DNA of 63,818 bases, filler included, from Octopus bimaculoides (taxonomy: Eukaryota): assembly GCF_001194135.2 (NCBI RefSeq). It is 7 parts of 6 records of this genome, joined end to end, with 100 filler letters (N's around TTAATTAATTAA, not from the genome) between each part and the next. Parts side by side here need not be neighbours in the genome. Positions count along the whole stretch, not along the records: positions 29,952 to 40,170 come from NC_068982.1; positions 40,271 to 45,576 come from NC_068996.1; positions 45,677 to 48,965 come from NC_068982.1; positions 49,066 to 54,367 come from NW_026295173.1; 3 more parts are not named here. The stretch is one strand, 5' to 3'. The notes beneath the pieces were generated by a model, which was not told the origin of the DNA, made no database searches, and worked only from the letters and a program-made list of their open reading frames with translations. Positions 38,250 through 49,356 of this stretch are shown here, piece after piece. Position numbers and translations under genes: made by a program. How positions within the stretch are numbered: the first letter of the stretch is position 1; each line of letters opens with the position of its first letter.

Positions 38250-38744
38250 CATTCAAAATTACAATTTCACATCGACTCCATGAAACTTAGTTTCAAAATG
38301 TTTTGAGATTTACAAGAAACAGCATGAAAATGAAAAGTAACATCTTTAGCAGCAGTAACAAACAAGAGGCTCTGAGTTTAGAAGAAAATAATTTTGTATT
38401 TGAGATGACCTATAATACCCTATTTACCTCCATGCTTCACAGACAACTCTGCAAAAGAGTTATCACATTTTACCCATTCCACACGAAACCGCTTTTAAAA
38501 AAACAAAAGATATAATCACTTTCTAGTTCTTTTACAAATACGCACGCTCTTTTTGTTATTGTAAAAATAATTTATTTATTAATTTATTTATTGTGAATCA
38601 ATATCAAAATAAGCTGAAATATATATGGCACGGCAAAGAGAGATATGCATCACAATTGGTTTGTACACTGGCATGGAAAACTGGAACGAGTCGATTCAAC
38701 AAATGTATATATATATACACAACTACACAAAGGACCACCACTCC

Positions 38745-38958
38745 TTTTCTACTCTAGGCACAATGCCTGAAATTTGGGGGGAGGGGGCCAGTCGATTAGA
38801 TCGATCCCAGTACGCAACTGGTACTTAATTTATCGACCCCGAAAGGATGAAAGACAAAGTCAACCTCGGCGGAATTTGAACTCAGAACATAAATAACAGA
38901 TGACATACTGCTAAGCATTTCGCCCGGCATGCTACCGTTTCTGCCAGCTCGCTGCCTA
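38745..38958 (-). mobile_element. SINE family B, full length
   Basis: CTCTAGGCACAATGCCTGAAATTT...CTGCCAGCTCGCTGCCT is the reverse complement of the family B unit. Confidence 0.9.
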
Positions 38959-38979
38959 AAGGACAACCACTCCTGTCAC

Positions 38980-39330
38980 CATGCAGCTGAATTCTTCCTA
39001 CATTAAGAGACACAAAGTTCACTCACACATACACATATAAACAGCCTACATCATACAAACACCACACACCCACCCCTATACCTCTTTCTCTTACACTCTC
39101 CTGTCTTAGAAAGAACTTTTTCTTCACTCATTCCCTTCCGGTCATTTCAAAATGTAACCACATGTGAATCGTTGGCAATCTTTTCCTTCCGTCTTCCTTG
39201 TCTCTTAGACTTTCCTCTGTCACCTGTTTCTGAAGAACTTTGCTCGAAACGTAAAACCATCTTTCTTACCTTCCCTGAGCGTCTACTAATACGGTCCAGA
39301 TGGAGTATATGTAATCTGAACCTTTCCCCG
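38980..39330 (+). mobile_element. Probable Penelope-like terminal repeat carrying a minimal hammerhead-like motif
   Basis: GTTT CTGAAGA ACTTTGCTC GAAAC GTA AAAC (39226-39257): core CUGANGA and GAAA, stem I GUUU/AAAC, palindromic ACGU stem III, one mismatch in stem II. Confidence 0.5.
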
Positions 39331-40170
39331 ACCTTTTTTTTTTTTTACGGAATCCCACGTTTTAGGCTATGGAGATTCCGATTCTGAAAAAAAAAATTTC
39401 AAAAATCTCAAATTCAAAATTTNNNNNNNNNNNNNNNNNNNNNNNNNNNNNNNNNNNNNNNNNNNNNNCCCATTTCCTCATTTTAAAATATTTTCCGGAA
39501 TTTATTTTTTCGATACATTGACTCATCAACGCGGGACCATTTCATGTCGCCCGATGATCCAGTCACATACTTCAGCCGTCTTTTAATTCGGGACCAATAG
39601 GCTTCAATGTGATTCATACAAGCGCCAGTTTCAGGGTCGACGAAATTCGTTGAGTGGTTAACTGTTTTGTGTATGTAACCCAGCTGTTGTAGATTCCTAT
39701 AGCTGGCCCATTTGTCCGTATGTACTATAGTACCCGGTAATACATTTTCAGTTATAACGGCTTCAAGTGTTCCTTCAACGTGTACCTGATAGAAGTGCAG
39801 CAACACTTGAAGAAAAACTTTGAGAATTTCTATACATTTCTCGAACACATTGCGGAAGTTTATCCTCCCTAAACTCCACCAGCACGGCTTCCCCAAACAC
39901 ACTTCTCGACAAAACTCATATATTTCTGAAATATATAAAAAAAAAAAATTAAAAAAACGCTCTAATTTCATATTACTGCGGGAAATTACTCTGAAAGAAA
40001 TCTCTGCAGAAAGGTGAGTAGATTGATTACACATTTCTTGCTTTATGTTATCGCAGTTTTATGAGATTTGGCTGTTATTTCTAGCATGTAAATAGCCTGC
40101 TTGGCGGGGGAGGGGGTGGGGGGTAAATTAAAATTTTTCAAACAATTTTTTTTCAGAATCATAATCTCCG
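39330..40170 (-). mobile_element. Merlin/ISXO2 (IS1595-like) DNA transposon remnant
   Basis: ORF 40034-39483: YEFCREVC...TLEAVITENVLPGTIVHTDKWASYRNLQQLGYIHKTVNHSTNFVDPETGACMNHIEAYWSRIKRRLK (second Asp and Glu motifs; first-Asp region deleted). Inverted motifs GGAGATTCCGATTCTGAAAAAAA (~39371) and TTTTTTTCAGAATCATAATCTCC (~40147). Gaps on both sides. Confidence 0.85.
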
Positions 40171-40270
40171 NNNNNNNNNNNNNNNNNNNNNNNNNNNNNN
40201 NNNNNNNNNNNNNNTTAATTAATTAANNNNNNNNNNNNNNNNNNNNNNNNNNNNNNNNNNNNNNNNNNNN

Positions 40271-40301
<31 letters not shown>

Positions 40302-40761
40302 GTGTGTGTGTGTGTGTCTCTGTTTGTCCCCCTAGCATTGCTTGACAACCGATGGTGGGGTGTGTATTAAACTAGCTTCAAATTCCATGCTGAAGGTAGA
40401 CCTATTTTTAAAAATATTCATTATATTGCTTGTGTGTGTATTCATCGTAGAAATGGTGGGGTTTTTTAAGCTTTCACTTTTAGCAAGCAGTATCTTTACC
40501 CTTCTTTTATTCAACTATATATATATATGAACATATGCATATATATATCTGCGTGTGTGTATAATTTAGGACAATCAGTAAGTTGTCATTATAGTACTCA
40601 GAGTTTCAACTGTTAGAGCAAAGAGCCATGATGAATTCTCTATTTACCTAATATTGAGGTCTCATTCTTTTGTTGTTACTTATTTTTTATTATTATTATT
40701 ATTACTATTATTATTATAATTATTATATGTACATACTCACACACACACACATATATATATA

Positions 40762-41000
40762 TATCTACTACATATGTTGGAAATTCTGTCTATGGGTGTG
40801 TTAGTGGAGTTGTTAGCTAACTCCTCCTACATCGTTTTATCAGTTTTGATGAAACTTGACACATGAGTAGGACTCATGTCTGGAAATCTTATGGCATACT
40901 CTGATTGTTGAAAAAAAAAATCGATAATAGGGCCCCTGAAAGGGATCCTTATATATAGCTAAGGGAAATAACCCATTCCTTTTCCTAAATTATTTGGTAA
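40762..41000 (+). mobile_element. Possible DINE-1/HINE-like non-autonomous rolling-circle element
   Basis: Starts ATCTACTA, then TCTGTCTATG and core ATCAGTTTTGATGAAACTTGACAC resembling DINE-1-type cores; 3' end not identified. Confidence 0.35.
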
Positions 41001-41519
41001 AAATGAAATTGAGCATGCTTATTTCTTTGTATTTGAAATGTTAGAGTTATTTTCGCAATTTATTCAGTACAACAAATAAATAGTATTTTCCTAAACAATA
41101 GATCCATTTATTTCGGTTTGTGACTTATTCACGAATATACTAACACTAGTGCTGCTGAGGGTAATATTCTCTGGGAATGCATAAAAGCTATTTTTCACAG
41201 TTAATTACTTTGAATTATTATTATCTCATATCTGATTAGCCTGTTATTACGTAACGTTTCACGATTTTAGTATACACATCTTATTAGTATTTCCTCCTAC
41301 TTTCTATATACTCTGGGAACATATTAAAGCCGTTCTTGGGCCTACTTTATTTGAATTCTTACTATCGGGTAACTAATTTCAGGTTATTACATAACTGACT
41401 TCACAATTTGGGTATTCATAACTTATTGAGAATTCCTGAAAACAAGATCCTGTGTAAGACAGACAGTTCGGTATTCTCTGTAAATATGTTTTAAATATTT
41501 AAAACACTGTTTTAAATAT

Positions 41520-41705
41520 TCTTTATGCTGCATGTCGCGTTTCTCTGATTGTTTTTTCGTTGTTCGAAAAAAAAGTTCGTTTTCTCTCTTCATCTTTATC
41601 TTTTCGTCTCTCATTTTGTTTAACGTTTTTTTGTGATGTCCTGTACCCATATATACATGTATGTATACATATAGATGTCGGTATGTTCATATATGTATGG
41701 ATATA
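41520..41705 (+). repeat. 3' part of unknown interspersed family D
   Basis: TTTATGCTGCATGTCGCGTTTCTCTGATTGTTTTTTCGTTGTTCGAAAAAAAAGTTCG matches 42270-42420. Confidence 0.85.
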
Positions 41706-42064
41706 TCCATATATTTATATATTATTTATGTTATTATATGATCGAATGCCACGCACTGTCTCCGAGTAAGTTTTATCTTAATGATTTCTATTGCGCACTC
41801 TACTACTATTGCTACCACTTCCCTGTCTGTCTCTCTCCCTCTCTTGTTCTTCATCATTTCTGGTTTTCTCTCCCAACCTTCCCCTATTCTCTTCCTTTCA
41901 CCGTTCCCTCTCTCTCACTCCTCCTTGACCCTCTCGTCGTTGACACGTGACGAAAGGGATTCTTTCTTTCTACTTCCTGCCTTCCTATAGAAAAGACGTG
42001 AATTTTTTCTCTCTCTCATTCACATCTAACTTCGCGTTCAAAAAATAATAATTTTTCTATCGTC

Positions 42065-42480
42065 TTGGCCTAGCAGCCCTTAGCGTTTGTTTTTACTGTC
42101 TTTTACTGTCTTGTTCTCACTGTCCTGTTCTTGTTTACACTTTCACCCTCCGAAAATAATTCCAAATTTTATTTAATTTGCTTGCGGGAAGGACTGCTCC
42201 AACGAAGTCGCATATTGTCCTTGCCTTCAAAACGCGGAGTAGATGGAACAGGGACAACTGACGAAGGGTTATACTCTTTATGTTGCATGTCTCGTTTCTC
42301 TGTTTGTTTTTTCGTTGTTCGAAAAAAAGTTCGTTTTCTGTCTTCGTCTTTATGTTTTCGTTTCTCATTGTGTTTAACGTTTTTTTTTATGTCCTGTACA
42401 CATTTATGCATGTATGTACACATATAGATGTAGGTATGTACATATATGTATGGATATATGCATATAATTATATATTATTT
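42065..42480 (+). repeat. Unknown interspersed family D, longer copy
   Basis: Homologous to 41520-41705 and, in reverse, to 60790-61150 (CCGCAAAGCAAATTAAATAAAATTT; GAACGTTTTTCGAACAACGAAAG). Confidence 0.85.
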
Positions 42481-42629
42481 ACCTTATTATATATATATGT
42501 ATATATATATATGTATGTACATATATATNNNNNNNNNNNNNNNNNNNNNNNNNNNNNNNNNNNNNNNNNNNNNNNNNNNNNNNNNNNNNNNNNNNNNNNN
42601 NNNNNNNNNNATATAAATATCTTTTATTT

Positions 42630-42826
42630 TTTGTCTTTTATTTGTTTCACTCATTAGACTGTGGCCATATTGGGGCACCACCTTGAAGAATTTTATGTCA
42701 GATCAAGCCCAGTACTTCCTTTTTTTTAAGCCCCGGTACTTATTCTATCAGTCTCTTTTGCTGAGTCGCTAAGCTTCAGAGACATAAACACACCAACACC
42801 TGTTGTCAAGCAGTGGTGGGTCACAA

Positions 42827-42858
<32 letters not shown>

Positions 42859-43030
42859 GACAGGCTTCTTTTCAGTTTCTGTCTACCAAATCCACTCACA
42901 AGTCTTTGGCCAGCCTGAAACTATATTAGAAGACATTACTTGCTCAAGATGCCATGAAGTGGGAATGGACCCAGAACTACGTTATTGGTTGGTTGGTTTG
43001 GAAGCAATTTCTTATGTAACAGTTACACCT
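42630..43030 (-). mobile_element. SINE family A, near full length
   Basis: TTTCACTCATTAGACTGTGGCCAT...CAGTTTCTGTCTACCAAATCCACTCAC... Confidence 0.82.
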
Positions 43031-43485
43031 GTATCTAAATATATCTATATACATCAATGTAATAATTCCTTTGTTTATATGTATTTGTACTTAAATGTAT
43101 GTTCTCTTCTTTGCCTATATACAGAATGCAAATGTCTGTGGAATCTATAACTGCGTAGCCTCACCCTTCCAACTAGCCTAACCCTGGCAAGCATGGAATA
43201 GGTTTATTAATAGAGTGAAGGATTCTTGGTATACCATCAGAAGTATTGTCATTATTTCTGTAAAGGAAGGGCAAGGTGATTTGGCACAAAAAACACTTGC
43301 ATGGTGGATTAGGTTCTGATATAATAAGCCTACCTACCTTTGCTATCTGTTATTTCTGATTTAAAAATTTCTACCATCTTCATTGTGCTTTATCTCTGTA
43401 GGTTTTTGTAAAAAAAAGTAATACATCTTCTCGTAATATATTAATATACTTCTTTCATTGGGATTGCTTAAATTGTTTCATAGCA

Positions 43486-43494
43486 TTATCGTCG

Positions 43495-43528
<34 letters not shown>

Positions 43529-43665
43529 AATCATCGCCATCATCATCGTCATCATCATCGTCATCATCATCATCATCATCATCATCTTTATCATCATCTT
43601 TATCATCATCATCATCATTGCTCATCACCATCATCATCATCATCATCATCATCATTATCATCTTT

Positions 43666-43699
<34 letters not shown>

Positions 43700-43892
43700 C
43701 CATCACCATCATCATCATCATCATCACCATCACCACCACCACCACCACCACCACCATCATCGTCATCATCATCACCACCACCACCGCCACCACCCTGCTC
43801 TCACTACTACTGCAACTACCATTACTACCACTGCCACCGCTGCCACCAACACCATCTCCTTCTCTACAATCACCACTATCACCACTACCACC
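43486..43892. repeat. Compound (CAT)n grading into (CAC)n/(CTA)n trinucleotide tract, ~400 bp
   Basis: Direct reading; explains the poly-His, poly-Asp and poly-Ile pseudo-ORFs. Confidence 0.97.
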
Positions 43893-43960
43893 ACCTGGTG
43901 GAATCGAACTCGGAATCTTGGGGTTAGTAGCGCTCACTCTTAACCACTACGCCATATGCC
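43893..43960 (-). mobile_element. tRNA-like SINE head (family E)
   Basis: Minus strand GGGCATATGGCGTAGTGGTTAAGAGTGAGCGCTACTAACCCCAAGATTCCGAGTTCGATTCC: A and B boxes, but no complete cloverleaf. Confidence 0.7.
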
Positions 43961-44022
43961 CGTTGTCAAACTGGCAATTTGGGTTTTGTCCCTGTCATTG
44001 TTTTGTCATTATGTCTAAAGTA

Positions 44023-44636
44023 CAAGGTGAACAGGCTAAGTTTGCATTAAAGGAAAAGAAAACAATATCCCATCCTAAAATCCTAAAAAAAAACAAAAAA
44101 AATCAACTAGATTATGGCTGGAAAATAACTGTTCATTCAAAGATGCTGCTCTCAGTTTACACCACAGCCTCAGGCACGGCTCTGGAACCTGGCACATGCA
44201 TTCATCACTGTATCCCTAGGAAGACCTTTGAACATCTTCCCAATCTTGGCCACCAATTCAACCTTGGTGTTGCAAATAGAGCGGTTGGCGTCTTTTTTCA
44301 ACTATGTCCGACACAAAGTAATCCATGGAATTACAATCAGAAGAATTAGGAAACCAAAAATTGGGGTTGGTGTAGTCATAGAGATTCTCTTCTGACTTTT
44401 TCTGGAAGTATGGCAAGGAGCCGAATCCTGCTGCCACACATTTAGCCTTCCTACAGAATCCCTCTCCAGTGAAGCTTTGACCTTAGTCTCCAGTAACTTC
44501 TCGTAGCTGGCTGAATTGGTCCTAAGGTCCTGTTCAAAGAAAAGAAATGCTATGACTTCACATTTAAAGGACACTCCATGATGTCCATGTTTGAGAGAAC
44601 TTGGTTTGCATGATGTCCACGTCACATCTTAAAGCC
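44023..44636 (-). mobile_element. Tc1/mariner-superfamily remnant, maT/DD37D-like, 3' half
   Basis: FFEQDLRTNSASYEKLLETKVK...NVWQQDSAPCHTSRKSQK, NSPDCNSMDYF-like stretch; terminal TA|CAAGGTGAACAGGCTAAG at 44021; 5' end cut by a SINE. Confidence 0.82.
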
Positions 44637-44639
44637 TAT

Positions 44640-44801
44640 ACCTAGGTGCAGGAGTGGCTCTGTGGTAAGTAGCTTGCTTACCAACCACATGGCTCTGGTT
44701 TCAGTCCCACTGCATAGCACCTTGGGCAAGTATCTTCTTCTATAGCTTCGAGCTGACCAATGTGGATTTGGTAGATGAAAGCTGAAAGATGCCTGTTGTA
44801 A

Positions 44802-44838
<37 letters not shown>

Positions 44839-45075
44839 TGTGCGTGCGTGTGTGTGTGTGTGTGTGTGTGTATGTTTGTGAATCTATGTTTGTTCCCCTA
44901 CCATCGCTTGGAGTCCAATGTTGGTATGTTTACATCCCCGTAACTTAGCAGCTTCGCAAAAGAGGCCAATAAAATAAGTACTAGGCTTACAAAGAATAAG
45001 TCCTGGGGTTGATTTGTTTGACAAAAGGCGGTACTCCAGCATGGCCACAATCAAATGACTAAAACAAGTAAAAAA
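44640..45075 (+). mobile_element. SINE family A, full length
   Basis: AGGTGCAGGAGTGGCTCTGTGGTAAG head, internal (TG)n, tail CAATCAAATGACTAAAACAAGTAAAA. Confidence 0.92.
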
Positions 45076-45676
45076 ATAATAGAATACAGTGTCCATGGAT
45101 CATGGAGCAGCAGCCATGATGTTGGCATTTTGATAGCTAGTACAAATTGTTATGATACAAGTAACTCTTTCCGAGTATTCATATAGTTTCCAGTACTCCA
45201 TGTCAGCTAACTTTTCCTCAACGAAACAGTAATCTTTGTCCTCTCCAATGTTGTTGGACTATTCACCAAAAAATCAAGCCATTCCTGAAAAAAAAAGACA
45301 CAGAAAAACTCATCAAATTTAGCCTAGCCTCTTCCTCCCTCTACCCCCACCCCAGTAGTTAATACTTGAAAGAGCCAAGAGGTACATGCTAGTACACTGT
45401 AAGATAAAGGCATGCTATTACACCCAGAATATTTGTTTCTCTTTATTTCTTTCTTTCCTTCTATCCTTCTTTCTTTCTTTCTCTTTTATCTTTTCTCTAT
45501 TTCAGTCATTGTACATTGCTACCCCCCACCCCGCCGCCCCTGAAGGGTTTTAGTCGAACAAATTATCCCCCCCCCCNNNNNNNNNNNNNNNNNNNNNNNN
45601 NNNNNNNNNNNNNNNNNNNNTTAATTAATTAANNNNNNNNNNNNNNNNNNNNNNNNNNNNNNNNNNNNNNNNNNNN

Positions 45677-45760
45677 GCCATTGTAGTGACGTCATATTGG
45701 CACCAAAGAGCAGGCGCCATTACTGAATCCTTAACCACGCATGCGTGGGTTTCAACATCG
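45677..45760. promoter_or_regulatory. Candidate promoter motif cluster
   Basis: TGACGTCA (45687-94), ATTGG (45696-700), GCGCCATT (45714-21) and the perfect 14-bp palindrome CCACGCATGCGTGG (45735-48), in a locally CpG-rich patch not matching repeats elsewhere in the window. Confidence 0.4.
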
Positions 45761-46399
45761 AAGCGTTCTCGCTATTATTCGGTCTCTTACCAAGGCAGAC
45801 AGCGACCAAGCAAGACGTCTAAGCAAGCTCTCCCATTTGAGTGTGGTTGAACCAAGTTGTCTCTATAACGACACCAGCACGAAGAACCGTACATCTACAT
45901 TTCAGGCTACTCTAAAACCGGACAATTAGAAGCTGTTTACCTTTTCCACCAAACAATAAAAATTTGTTGTTGTTGATCAGTTTGGAGTTTCTGCGTTCGG
46001 TTCTCTTCCAATTTAATGTAGGAGAGTTAGGTGTATATCTAAAGATATATAACCCACTCTCCTAAAGCACCATCCGAATGTAGTCGATGCCAGCTCTTTC
46101 TGATTTTGGCACAAAGCTTGCAATTTGAGAGGGCAGGAATTAGCTGATTATATTAACCCCAGTATTTGGCTGGTATAGCATACATTACACACAAACAAAT
46201 AAGAATTTGAACCAGAGAAAGCTTGAATGAACAAGAAAGAAATGAAACTGCTCAAATTAACAGCGTCATGCCTGAAGAATATGTTTCAAATTTTAATTAA
46301 AAAATTATAATCACATTATGCAAACGGTTATAAAAGCTAATTGCAGCCTGAATTTTCTAGATTGCCAATGCCTGATTAAATGCCTTCTTGTATTTTCAG

Positions 46400-46475
46400 G
46401 ACATCAATGTGTGATTCAATTGTTATTTCTAGCATTACCAGCTCAAGCGAGTGCAGAAGGTTCTTTACTCGGCTG
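46400..46475 (+). other. Candidate 76-bp internal exon of an unidentified gene
   Basis: CCTTCTTGTATTTTCAG|GACATC...GGCTG|GTAAAT; two frames open (TSMCDSIVISSITSSSECRRFFTRL or HQCVIQLLFLALPAQASAEGSLLG); no family recognised. Confidence 0.3.
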
Positions 46476-46659
46476 GTAAATATGTTTTATGTCCTGGAAA
46501 TACATTCACAATAAAGTCAGGATGACCTTAGCTGGAATACCATTTAAGTGTTTAAATGTCAACCCAAACAAACCAGATGCTTTTTACTGGAATATATAGA
46601 TTACAGTGTCATGTCAGCTTAACCTCAACAAGAGGCGTCTGGACTTAATAATAATAATA

Positions 46660-47115
46660 ATAATGATAATAATAATCCTTTCTATTATAGGCACAAGGCC
46701 TGAAATTTGGGGGAAGGGGATAGTCAATTACATCAATTCCAGTACTCAACTGGTATTTAATTTATCGACCCCGAAAGGATGAAAAGTAAAGTTGACCTCA
46801 GTGGAATTTGAACTCAGAACATACCGACTGGTGAAATACTGCTAAGCATTCATCCAGCATGCTAACAATTCTGCCAGTTTGCCGCCTTTAACAATAATAA
46901 TCCTTTCTAATATAGGGATAAGGCCTGAAATTTTGAAGGAGGGGAGATAGTCGATAACATTGACCCCAGAATTCAACTGGTACTTAATTTATTGCCCCCT
47001 GAAAGGATGAAAGGTAAAGACAACCTCAGTGGAATTTGAACTCAGAATGTAAAGATGGAGAAAATGCCACTGAGCACTTTGCCCAGCCAGTTAATGACTG
47101 TCAGCTTGCTGCCTA
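46660..47115 (-). mobile_element. Two tandem SINE family B copies with (AAT)n joints
   Basis: AATAATCCTTTCTATTATAGGCACAAGGCC...GCCGCCTTTA, repeated at ~46900-47115. Confidence 0.9.
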
Positions 47116-47121
47116 ATATAA

Positions 47122-47161
<40 letters not shown>

Positions 47162-47259
47162 TTTCATAGAGATTGTTGTAACTCTTCACAAAGGTATATA
47201 GACAATAAGAAGAGTGCAATGCTATTTGTGTTAGAGTGTTTATGTGCCTGTGACACATA

Positions 47260-47695
47260 AAAAGCACTATTTGAGCGCCACCTGACTGGTCCTATGCCGG
47301 TGGAACATAGAAAACACCATTTGAGCTTAGTTGATGTCAGAGCCACATGACTGGTTCTGTACTGGTGGCATGTAAAAAGCACCATTTGTGTGTAATCATT
47401 GCCAGTGCTGCCTGACTGTCTCTCATGCTGGTGGCACGTAAAAAGCATCATTCAAGGGTGGTTGATGCCAATACCACCAGACTGGCCCTCATGCCAGTGG
47501 CACGTAAAAAACATCCACTACACTCTTGGAGTGGTTGGTACCAGGAAGGGCATTCAGCTGTAGAAACTTTGCCAGGTCAGTTTGAGGTCTGGTGCAGCCT
47601 TCTGGCTTTCCAGCCCTCAGTCGGATCATCCGACCTATGCCAGCATAGAAAGCAGACATTAAACAATAATGATGATGATGATGATGCTTATTTAA
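47260..47695 (+). mobile_element. RTE-type LINE 3' UTR fragment with internal tandem units and (GAT)n tail
   Basis: Homologous to 49560-50112; ends GACATTAAACAATAATGATGATGATG. Confidence 0.8.
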
Positions 47696-48449
47696 TGGTT
47701 TGAACGATATTTTGACAGATCGTCTGTCAACTTCAAGTTCAAAATATAAAATGAAAAGCAAATGTAGAAACACAGAAATTCAAAATACAAATGAAGAAAT
47801 CCTGCATTATTGTTCAAACTGTTAAATAAACAATCTATTACAAATTGATTTCAAATGTTGGCACAAAGCCAGAATGATGATGATGATAATAATACTACTA
47901 CTACTAATAATAATAATAATGGTTAAAAATTTTGCCACAAGGGCAGCAATTTTTGTGGGGAAAAGATGAGTTGATTACATCGATCCCAGTGTTGTCCAGT
48001 GCTTTACCATGTTTTTTACAGCTGCATGCCCTTCCTAATGCTAACCAATTTGTAGCATGTAATGGGCGCTTTTGTCATGCCAGACAGAAGCTTCCATGCA
48101 GTTTCCAACTACCAATTTCACTCACAAAGAATTGGTTGGCTCAAGGGGAAAGTAGAAGACACTTGTCCAAGTTGCCATACAGTGAGGTTGAACTTAAGAC
48201 CATGCCATTGCAAAATGAACTTCTTAATCACATAAACATGCATGTATCTAGATCAGTATTTCCCCACCTTTTCACTACCAAGGACCCCTTTTATTTAAAT
48301 GAGCTTTCCCATTGATCCCTTTTAATATCTTAGAATTGGTAGTATACCATAATACCGCCAGCTGTCTGGTATTTCTAAGGCTGAATGAGCTCTATTTTGT
48401 ACTCTAACACATTCTTAAAGGAATACACCTCAACACATACACACATATG

Positions 48450-48717
48450 ACTGGCTCCCATGCCAGTGGCACATAAAAAGCACCATTGAAGTGTGGTCAA
48501 TGCCAGTACCGCCTGACTGGCCCTCATACCAGTGGCACATAAAAAGCACCCACTACACTCTCGGAGTGGTTGGCGTTAAGAAGGGCATCCAGCTGTAGAA
48601 ACCTCATCAGATCATATTGGAGCCTGGTGAAGCCTCCTGGCTTCCCAGACCTCCAGTCAAACCGTCCAACCCATGCCAGCATGGAAAGCAGACATTAAAC
48701 AACGATGATGATGATGA
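48450..48717 (+). mobile_element. RTE-type 3' end fragment with (GAT)n tail
   Basis: CACTACACTCTCGGAGTGGTTGGCGTTAAGAAGGGCATCCAGCTGTAG...AAACAACGATGATGATG. Confidence 0.85.
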
Positions 48718-48965
48718 TAGGAGTGGCTGTGTAGTAAGTAGCTTGCTTACCAACCACATGGTTCTGGGTTCAGTCCCACTGTATTGCACCTTGGGCAAGT
48801 GTCTTCTACTATAGCCTCGGGCTGACCAAAGCCGTGTGAGTGGATTTGGTCGACAGAAACTGAAAGAAGCCCATTGTATATATGTATATATATATATATG
48901 TGTGTGCGTGTATATATTTGTGTCTGTGTTTGTCCCCCCAACTTTGCTTGACAACCGATGCTGGT
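48718..48965 (+). mobile_element. SINE family A 5' half
   Basis: GGAGTGGCTGTGTAGTAAGTAGCTTGCTTACCAACCACATGG...; runs into a linker gap. Confidence 0.9.
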
Positions 48966-49164
48966 NNNNNNNNNNNNNNNNNNNNNNNNNNNNNNNNNNN
49001 NNNNNNNNNTTAATTAATTAANNNNNNNNNNNNNNNNNNNNNNNNNNNNNNNNNNNNNNNNNNNNATTCCCGAGCGTCATACTAATATATACTTTTGTTA
49101 TTTACACCACCTGTCCTCGTCTGTTGTTATTATTTGTATATTCTCCCATATATATATATATATA

Positions 49165-49332
49165 TATACACTCCCGGAGTGGTTGGCGTTAGGAAGGGCA
49201 TCCTGCTGTAGAAACTCTGCCAAATCAGATTGGAGCCTGGTGTAGCCATCTGGTTTCACCAGTCCTCAGTCAAATCGTCCAACCCATGCTAGCATGGAAA
49301 GCGGACGTTAAACGATGATGATGATGATGATA
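49165..49332 (+). mobile_element. Short RTE-type 3' tail copy
   Basis: CACTCCCGGAGTGGTTGGCGTTAGGAAGGGC...GGACGTTAAACGATGATGATG. Confidence 0.88.
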
Positions 49333-49356
49333 TATATATATATATATATATATATG

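Noticed and set aside
42248-42290. CTGACGAAGGG hammerhead-like start (similar at ~1969 and ~57600 minus)
   Set aside because: No correctly placed GAAA box or stems I/III.
43893-43960. tRNA gene candidates (also 24812, 31326 and SINE A/B heads)
   Set aside because: A and B boxes are present but there is no complete cloverleaf or acceptor stem, and they continue into SINE bodies.
43455-44349. Poly-His, poly-Asp and poly-Ile/Pro ORFs of 160-243 aa
   Set aside because: Translations of a (CAT)n/(CAC)n microsatellite running into a SINE head and an antisense transposon remnant.
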